Positions 25,977 through 32,000 of a stretch of DNA of 32,000 nucleotides are shown piece by piece. The DNA lies in NCBI GenBank assembly GCA_964591795.1, contig CAZQEL010000006.1, forward strand, positions 1 through 32,000, given 5' to 3'. The stretch's first letter is position 1, and every line of letters starts with the position of its first letter. Origin of the DNA: an uncultured archaeon. GTDB lineage: Archaea; Iainarchaeota; Iainarchaeia; Iainarchaeales; CSSED10-239. The notes beneath the pieces were generated by a model. It was not told the DNA's origin. It was given only the letters and a program-made list of their open reading frames with translations, and did not search any database. A program made the position numbers and the translations under genes.

Positions 25977-27044
25977 TTAAAAATCAAATAATCTTTTTTG
26001 AAATTTAATTTGTTTTAATATTTCTGATTTATTTAAAATCCAAGTTAATTTTAAATCTTGAGTAATAAATTTAATTAAATCATTAAGATTTTCAAAATGT
26101 ATTTTGTCACCCTTCAACGCTTCTTTAACTGCTTCTCTTACTACCCAAACGCCTTTTGAAGTGTATGTGGGGTTAATATCACATAATACTAACACTCTTG
26201 CACATTTTTGAATTTTATCAAGATAATCAAACACCATTAATCTTGCTGCATAATATGCTCCAGTAATTTGATAGGCATATTCTTTTTTTGGATGATTTAG
26301 TTCGAAATCAATTGCTATTGATTCACAATTTACATATTCTATCATTTCAAATCCCCATGAATAAGGCATTAAAATAACATAAAAAGTATTTGTGTAGAAT
26401 TTAAATTTATACATTCTAAATGAATCAATAATTGGATTGTTTTCAATTTTTGGAAAAATATTTTTCCCTAAAGTATCATCAATACAAGTTATTGACCATC
26501 TTGTTGGTACAAAAATTCGGTCTTTTGTAAGGCCTAACAAACCCATTGAAAGAAGTTGTTCTATTTTATATGGATCCTTTGTTTTGTCATAATATTCAAT
26601 TATGGCATCTTTAGATTTTACTTGTGTATCATTAGTAATCTTATCAACAGGTTTTGATATTTTTATATTATCTATTATTTTAATTTTTTCAAGTGTCATT
26701 CCTTTATTATTAATTCCAGATATTTTTTCTGTAAGGTTTATTTTTTTACTTAAAACATCAATTTCAAGCTCAGTTTCTTTATCTGCTTTTATTAGATGTT
26801 GTATCTCTTGAAGATCCTTACTTGGATTTTTTGCTTCATTTTTAGAGTAGTTTTTATATGCAAATACCTGTTTGCTTCTATTTTTCTCAATTTTGTTAGT
26901 ATTAGTTGAAATCCAAGTTTTTGGATTGTTTTCCTTAGCGTCATTTATGTTATCATAAGTTCCAGGGCCAATAATTAAATTAGGGTAGCTACTTTCGTAC
27001 ACTAAGTTAAATGGTTTAGAATATACTTGTTTTTTAAGCTTCAT
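25977..27044 (-). CDS. Nre-family (DUF650/DUF651) putative DNA-repair protein
   Basis: YPNLIIGPG near the N-terminus and VPTRWSITCIDDTLG, from memory of the Nre family. The extreme C-terminus QKRLFDF resembles a PIP box. Confidence 0.5.
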   Translation of the reverse strand: MKLKKQVYSKPFNLVYESSYPNLIIGPGTYDNINDAKENNPKTWISTNTNKIEKNRSKQVFAYKNYSKNEAKNPSKDLQEIQHLIKADKETELEIDVLSKKINLTEKISGINNKGMTLEKIKIIDNIKISKPVDKITNDTQVKSKDAIIEYYDKTKDPYKIEQLLSMGLLGLTKDRIFVPTRWSITCIDDTLGKNIFPKIENNPIIDSFRMYKFKFYTNTFYVILMPYSWGFEMIEYVNCESIAIDFELNHPKKEYAYQITGAYYAARLMVFDYLDKIQKCARVLVLCDINPTYTSKGVWVVREAVKEALKGDKIHFENLNDLIKFITQDLKLTWILNKSEILKQIKFQKRLFDF

Positions 27045-27195
27045 TATTTTTCATTTTTCCGATTTATAAGTATTTTATTTTTAAGATAGGTTTATAAATT
27101 ATTTTATGTTAATTAATATATATTTTATACTTATAGTTTCGATATAGAAACAAATTGTATATTTTGGTTATTATAAGACCATATAAAAAAGGATA

Positions 27196-27678
27196 GTGAT
27201 GAATATGTTTAAATTATTACGTTTATTTTTTGATAAAAGTAAATCACCTAAAGTGTCTAGAAGAAACAATGTAGCAATCTTTATTGATGGTCCAAATATT
27301 TTAAGAAAAGAATTTAATATTGATTTATCAAAGATTAGAAAATATTTACAAAAAGATGGTTGTGTAAAAATTGCAAAAGTTTATTTGAATCAATATGCAA
27401 CAGATAAGTTAATGGAAGCTGTAGTTAATTTAGGTTTTGAAACAATTATTACAGTTGGTGATGTTGATGTTGCAATGGCAGTTGACGCAACAGATGTTGT
27501 GCATAATAAAGAAATAGATACTATTGTGTTTGTTACAAGAGACTCAGATTATCTTCCTGCAATTTTAAAAGCAAAAAAACATGGTAAAAATACAATGGTG
27601 TTTTTAGTTGAAGAAGGTTCTGCAACTGCTTTAAAAAATACTGTTGACAAAGTTATCTTTTTAGATAAACTAAAATAG
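27196..27678 (+). CDS. NYN/LabA-like domain protein (predicted RNase)
   Basis: VAIFIDGPNILRK, GDVDVAMAVDA and FVTRDSDYLPAI. Confidence 0.85.
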   Translation: MMNMFKLLRLFFDKSKSPKVSRRNNVAIFIDGPNILRKEFNIDLSKIRKYLQKDGCVKIAKVYLNQYATDKLMEAVVNLGFETIITVGDVDVAMAVDATDVVHNKEIDTIVFVTRDSDYLPAILKAKKHGKNTMVFLVEEGSATALKNTVDKVIFLDKLK

Positions 27679-27687
27679 GATTAATAT

Positions 27688-28185
27688 ATGAATTTACCAG
27701 TATCAAAACCAATGGTTACAAATGTATTTTTAGATATGATAGAACCAGATAAATTATTACTTGATTTAAATCAAAAATTTTTTACTGGTTTTTTATATCT
27801 TGTAGCCAATACTGAATATCATTTTGAAGAAAATATTATTTTTATTTTAAAAGGTAATATTATAGGTTCAATTTATTTGAATAGTTTTTATAATATTGAA
27901 CTTTTCGGAAAAACTGCTCTAAATCTAAATTTTAATTCCTTAGGATATAAAAAAGGTGTATTAAATATTTATGAGCTTTCAAGTGAACAGTTAAAATTAG
28001 TTTTAATTTTTAATGATAAAATTAAATGTGATTATAAGTTAAATAAAAAGAAAATTTCAAAACAAACTTTTGTTTTTAATCCTGCTTTATTTGGTAGTAT
28101 TTTAAGAAATAAATTTCCAGATAGAATAAAAGCAAAATCAGATTTGTTTGATGAATTTAATATAAATGAACTTTTAAGGTATTAA
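27688..28185 (+). CDS. Hypothetical protein, tentatively DUF4388/PATAN-like
   Basis: Pattern FTGFLYLV ... IIFILKGNIIGSIY ... FGKTALNLNF ... GVLNIYELS resembles the DUF4388 consensus. This is a weak, motif-level call only. Confidence 0.35.
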   Translation: MNLPVSKPMVTNVFLDMIEPDKLLLDLNQKFFTGFLYLVANTEYHFEENIIFILKGNIIGSIYLNSFYNIELFGKTALNLNFNSLGYKKGVLNIYELSSEQLKLVLIFNDKIKCDYKLNKKKISKQTFVFNPALFGSILRNKFPDRIKAKSDLFDEFNINELLRY

Positions 28186-28187
28186 GC

Positions 28188-28628
28188 ATGAATAGAATAT
28201 TTGCAAGTATGTTAACAAAACTTTCAAACAAAGTTTTAAATTTAGAGGATTTAAGAACTCCTAAAGAATTGGAACCATTATTAGAATATAGGGCTGTTAA
28301 TTTGTGTTCTAAAAATTTAGATGATTTTTTATTAAAATTAAGAAAAAAACATTTAGTTAATCATATAATAATTACTGATCTTGAAGGCATTGTAATAGCA
28401 AGTACTGAAAAAGATTTAAAAGAAGGATTTAAAAGTGCTGCAATGTATAATTATATTAATACTGAAATAAAAGATTTAAGTATTATTTTAATAGAATCAA
28501 AAGGTTGGAACATAATATTTAAATATAGTGACAAGGTATATTTTATTAAAGCAAATGATAGTTTAAGTAGAACTGAAGTTTATGCTATTGTTAATGATCT
28601 TGAAAATTATTTAAAAGTAATAAAGTGA
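28188..28628 (+). CDS. Hypothetical protein, tentatively Roadblock/LC7-like
   Basis: VNHIIITDLEGIVIASTEKD...SAAMYNYI...LSIILIESKGWNIIFKY...VYFIKAN follows the Roadblock/MglB-like pattern. Overlaps the minD ORF by 4 nt. Confidence 0.35.
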   Translation: MNRIFASMLTKLSNKVLNLEDLRTPKELEPLLEYRAVNLCSKNLDDFLLKLRKKHLVNHIIITDLEGIVIASTEKDLKEGFKSAAMYNYINTEIKDLSIILIESKGWNIIFKYSDKVYFIKANDSLSRTEVYAIVNDLENYLKVIK

Positions 28629-29428
28629 AATTTATGGGTGAAATAATTACAATTGCATCTGGAAAGGGAGGAGTTGGAAAAACAACTTTAACTGCAAATT
28701 TAGGAATCTCTTTAAGTGAATTAGGTTTTACTGTTTTATTAATTGATGCTGATATAGCAATGTCAAATTTAAGCTTACTTGTTGGTCTTGATAATCCTCC
28801 AATTACTTTGCATGATGTGTTATTAGGGTCTTCATCAGCACAAGATGCTACGTATGATGGACCAAATAAAATAAAAATAATTCCATCTGGTTTATCCATT
28901 TCTAATTATCAGAGAGTAGATGTTGAAAGATTAATTTCTGTAGTAAAAAGTTTAATTTCAGACTATGATTTTATTTTAATTGATGCTCCTGCAGGAATTG
29001 ATAAAAATGTAATTTCAGCAATATCAGCGTCAACTCAAGTATTATTGATTACTGAACCAACATCTCCATCTGTTGCTGATGTTTTTAAAGTTAAAATTGT
29101 TTGTGAAAGATTAAACCAAAAAGTAATGGGTGTAATTGTTAATAAGGTTAGCGATCTCAAAGGTGAAATTTCAGAAAAAGAAATAATGAAGATGCTTGAA
29201 ATTCCGAGTTATGGTAAAATACCATATAGTGCAGATATTAGAGAATCTTTTTTATTAAAAAAAATAACTCCAACAATAATTCATAATCCAACCAGTGAAT
29301 CTGCAAATGCTTTTAGGTATATTGCAAGAAGAATATCTGGTAAGGAAGTTGAAATTAAAGAACAAAAGAAAGGTATTGGTTTCTTTGGTTTTTTAAAAAG
29401 AATATTTTCAAAAAAAGTAAAAAAATAA
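28625..29428 (+). CDS. minD: MinD/ParA-family P-loop ATPase (archaeal MinD type)
   Basis: Deviant Walker A: IASGKGGVGKTTLTANLG. LLIDADIAMSNL. ILIDAPAGI. The true start may be ATG 28634 (MGEIITIASGKGG). Confidence 0.9.
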   Translation: MKFMGEIITIASGKGGVGKTTLTANLGISLSELGFTVLLIDADIAMSNLSLLVGLDNPPITLHDVLLGSSSAQDATYDGPNKIKIIPSGLSISNYQRVDVERLISVVKSLISDYDFILIDAPAGIDKNVISAISASTQVLLITEPTSPSVADVFKVKIVCERLNQKVMGVIVNKVSDLKGEISEKEIMKMLEIPSYGKIPYSADIRESFLLKKITPTIIHNPTSESANAFRYIARRISGKEVEIKEQKKGIGFFGFLKRIFSKKVKK

Positions 29429-29439
29429 GGTGATTTTAA

Positions 29440-29670
29440 ATGACAGAAACAAAAATATCAAGACCATTTGATATGTTGAATAGTTCTATTAATAAACAAG
29501 TACTTGTTCAATTAAAAGATAGTGTTCAAATAAGAGGAAAACTTAAGGCATTCGATGTTCATATGAATATTGTAATTGAAGATGCTGAAGAAATCAAAGA
29601 TGGTAAAGCAAAGACAAAGTATGTTGAAACATTACTTAGAGGAGATAATATTGTTTGGATTACTGTTTAA
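29440..29670 (+). CDS. Sm-like archaeal protein (SmAP/LSm)
   Basis: Sm1 (VLVQLKDSVQIRGKLKAFDVHMNIVIEDAEE) and Sm2 (LLRGDNIVWI) motifs. AAGGTGAT Shine-Dalgarno-like motif upstream. Confidence 0.93.
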   Translation: MTETKISRPFDMLNSSINKQVLVQLKDSVQIRGKLKAFDVHMNIVIEDAEEIKDGKAKTKYVETLLRGDNIVWITV

Positions 29671-29698
29671 TTAAAACAATAATAGGTTTGCATTATAT

Positions 29699-30673
29699 AT
29701 GATTTTAAATATTTTTACTGATTTGTTTAATAATTTTAGTTCAAATATATCTTCTGATTTATATAATGCACTTCCTTTAAACTTCATATTTTTTGTAATT
29801 ATTTTAATTTTCGGATTAAGTATTTATTTAGTATTTTCATTTCTAATTTTACCATTATTTAAAAGATCTCCAGTGAAACTTTATAAAAAATATCTTTCTC
29901 TAAGATATGAAATGAAAAGAATTGATGATGCCTATTCTGCAAAAAAAATAATTTTTGAGGAATATGTTTCTATGCAATTTTTAAATGCTCAAGAATATTA
30001 TCATATTGTTAAATTATTAGCTGACAATCCTGAGTTTAAATCAAAACTTAAAGGGTATACTTTAAAAGATAATTTTGATAGATCATCAACTAAATCTAGT
30101 TATTCTTCGCCTGCAGTTAAATTAACTTCACAGGACATTGAACGAAAACAAATTAACAAGCTTTGTACGGTATTAAAACCAAAAGCTTTAATTTATTCTA
30201 AGGAAGATATTTATGCAATTTTACTTTCTGAGGGATTTAGCAATAATTTAATTGAATCTGTAATTAAAGAATTAATAAATCAAAATGTAGTTTTTTCTAA
30301 AGTTGCTTCGTCAACTGCTGGAAAAAAAGATTTATCTTTATTCCTAGATAATTTATTTGAAAGTAAGATAGACAAATCAAAAACTGTTAATAAAGAAAAT
30401 GATATTTCAAGCGTGATGAATAATACATCTGCTGAACATCATGGCTTGTTTGAAAACGATTTTAAAAGAAAGGAACTTAATTTTGATAAAGTAGAAGATG
30501 TTGATTATACATTTAAGTCAGATGTTTCTTTAGAAAATAAAAAATTTAATTTTTTCAAAAGAATTTTTTCTATTTTTAAAAAGAAAGAAGCATCAGTACC
30601 TAAACCAACAATTACAGAAATAGATGATATTCTTAAAAATATTGAATCTGAAATTAAAGGAAAAGAATTTTAA
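29699..30673 (+). CDS. Hypothetical protein with one N-terminal TM segment
   Basis: FIFFVIILIFGLSIYLVFSFLILPLF, then a soluble charged region. No recognisable motif. Confidence 0.5.
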   Translation: MILNIFTDLFNNFSSNISSDLYNALPLNFIFFVIILIFGLSIYLVFSFLILPLFKRSPVKLYKKYLSLRYEMKRIDDAYSAKKIIFEEYVSMQFLNAQEYYHIVKLLADNPEFKSKLKGYTLKDNFDRSSTKSSYSSPAVKLTSQDIERKQINKLCTVLKPKALIYSKEDIYAILLSEGFSNNLIESVIKELINQNVVFSKVASSTAGKKDLSLFLDNLFESKIDKSKTVNKENDISSVMNNTSAEHHGLFENDFKRKELNFDKVEDVDYTFKSDVSLENKKFNFFKRIFSIFKKKEASVPKPTITEIDDILKNIESEIKGKEF

Positions 30674-30825
30674 TCTCTTCTTTCATTAATAAGAAGTATT
30701 ATTCCAATAATTATAAGTATAAGGCCTAAATATACATTTAATTTAGATAAAATTCCTGGTAAATCAGGAATATACATTCCAATTCCTATGCCCATTATAA
30801 TTCCACTAGCAAGTGCTTTACCCAT
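30670..30825 (-). CDS. Possible small hydrophobic protein (51 aa), below the ORF-track length cutoff
   Basis: Hand translation: MGKALASGIIMGIGIGMYIPDLPGILSKLNVYLGLILIIIGIILLINERRD. It has two hydrophobic segments. It fills an otherwise empty gap and is convergent with the preceding gene. Confidence 0.3.
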   Translation of the reverse strand: MGKALASGIIMGIGIGMYIPDLPGILSKLNVYLGLILIIIGIILLINERRD

Positions 30826-30964
30826 ATTTTTAAAACTCCTGTGTTTTCTAAATAAATTTATTATTTATAATTTCATATATTATCATAAGGTTTTTAAATT
30901 AATTTAGTTGTAAGTTCTAACTAAAAGAGATTGTTTTTATTCTTTTCCTACTTATATAATAAAT

Positions 30965-31627
30965 ATGATTTTTAATAATGTTATTTTTGGATTATCAGAT
31001 ATCTTGATAAAAAATCATTCTGCTAAAAAGATTAATTATAAATATCTATCTGAATTGGTAACATTTTCAAAAAATAATAATATTTCTTTATATCTTGTCA
31101 CTGGTCTTAAAGATGAAATTGGTTTGAAAATTATAAAAAAACATAAACTAGATACTTTTTTTAAACTAGAAAATATTTTTCATGTAACTGATGTTTATTT
31201 TCAATCTTTGTCTGATATTGATAGGGAGATTAGATCTGAAAAATATAAACAAGATAAAAATTATTTAGATGATTATTTTAAAATATATTTTTTAACTAAA
31301 ATTAAACCAAAACTTAATACTAAAAAAACTTTATATGTAGGGCATGATCTTTGGTCTGATGCTTATTATATTACAGAATATACTAAAGTAAATGTTTTAC
31401 TTTTAAAACAATTTATTTCTTTTAATAATGAACTCTATGAAACTGATCTTAAAACTATAAATGTAATTAATCCTAGTTTTTCTGATTTTAAAGAAGTTTT
31501 AACTAAAAAAAGAGTGTTTGATTATACTAAACTTAAATCTTTTGCAAAAAATTATTTATTAACAAAAACTATTGGTAAAATTAATTTAAATCTTGACTAT
31601 AGCAAGTTATATAAGAAAAAGGTGTGA
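30965..31627 (+). CDS. Hypothetical protein, weakly HAD-superfamily-like with degenerate motif I
   Basis: FGLSDIL sits where HAD has DxDGTL. Also LVTGL and YVGHDLWSDAYY (GDxxxD-like). Tentative. Confidence 0.35.
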   Translation: MIFNNVIFGLSDILIKNHSAKKINYKYLSELVTFSKNNNISLYLVTGLKDEIGLKIIKKHKLDTFFKLENIFHVTDVYFQSLSDIDREIRSEKYKQDKNYLDDYFKIYFLTKIKPKLNTKKTLYVGHDLWSDAYYITEYTKVNVLLLKQFISFNNELYETDLKTINVINPSFSDFKEVLTKKRVFDYTKLKSFAKNYLLTKTIGKINLNLDYSKLYKKKV

Positions 31628-31634
31628 TGACTAA

Positions 31635-32000
31635 ATGGAAATTAAAAATATTAAGGCAATTAGAATATTAGATTCAAGAGGAGTTCCAACTATTAGAACA
31701 TTTGTATCTACTGAAAATACAGTTGGTGTTGCATCAGTTCCTTCAGGAACCTCAGCAGGATTGTATGAAGCCTATGAACTAAGGGATAAAAATTCTAAAA
31801 ATTATTTTAAATTAGATGTTTCTAAAGCCATAAATAATGTGAATAATATAATTTCTAAAAAATTAAAAGGTAAATTTGTTTTAAATCAAGAAGATATTGA
31901 TAAAACTATGATTGATTTGGATGGTACTGATAACAAATCAAAACTAGGTGCTAATGCAATTTTATCAGTTAGTCTTGCAACAGCAAGAGCAGCTGCTCAA
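31635..32000 (+). CDS. eno: Enolase, 5' partial (runs off the window end)
   Basis: Hand translation: MEIKNIKAIRILDSRGVPTIRTFVSTENTVGVASVPSGTSAGLYEAYELRDK...DGTDNKSKLGANAILSVSLATARAAAQ. This is the canonical enolase N-terminus. It is absent from the ORF track because no stop codon lies in the window. Confidence 0.9.
   Translation, partial: MEIKNIKAIRILDSRGVPTIRTFVSTENTVGVASVPSGTSAGLYEAYELRDKNSKNYFKLDVSKAINNVNNIISKKLKGKFVLNQEDIDKTMIDLDGTDNKSKLGANAILSVSLATARAAAQ

Noticed and set aside
3122-28899. Short ORFs antisense to or overlapping well-supported genes (3122-3307, 10931-11236, 12010-12204, 17028-17273, 17821-18165, 19397-19684, 19727-19942, 20426-20629, 22420-22602, 24558-24761, 26602-26811, 28591-28899)
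   Set aside because: Each lies inside a longer ORF with clear family motifs on the opposite strand or in another frame. They have low-complexity composition typical of shadow ORFs in AT-rich DNA.
1-32000. CRISPR arrays, integrases, transposases, prophage boundaries
   Set aside because: I saw no regularly spaced direct repeats and no recombinase- or transposase-like ORFs. Apart from the DGR cassette, the window looks like core chromosome.

Overview
Strongly AT-rich, gene-dense archaeal chromosome segment. Archaeal markers present: proteasome beta subunit, aCPSF1, class I CCA-adding enzyme, TBP, Rpo4/RpoF, L21e, Sm protein, AglB/STT3 and an AMP phosphorylase. Short genes, very low GC and tight packing suggest a DPANN-type lineage; this is inference. 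Most of the window is housekeeping: an L21e-RpoF-DUF655-KsgA operon, two tRNA-Ser genes, an unlinked 5S rRNA, an N-glycosylation locus (AglB, GlcNAc-1-P transferase, UbiA-like), thioredoxin and an enolase 5' end. GGTGA/AGGAG Shine-Dalgarno-like motifs sit 5-12 nt upstream of many starts. The standout is at the left edge (1-2259): the core of a diversity-generating retroelement (DGR). It comprises an Avd-like four-helix-bundle gene, an AAY-codon-saturated candidate template repeat ending in VRCVR, and a reverse transcriptase with the DGR-specific IGxxxSQ motif. Three GC-rich triloop hairpins precede it. I found no matching variable repeat or target gene in the window, so the target presumably lies upstream of position 1. 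Secondary items: a promoter- and terminator-bounded candidate structured ncRNA (about 9470-9655); a 959-aa HerA/DUF87-like ATPase with unusual termini and no NurA partner; a compact DUF4388-like/Roadblock-like/MinD operon; a C-terminally shortened DUF1846 homolog; and an Nre-like protein ending in a PIP-like box. No CRISPR array, integrase or transposase was seen.
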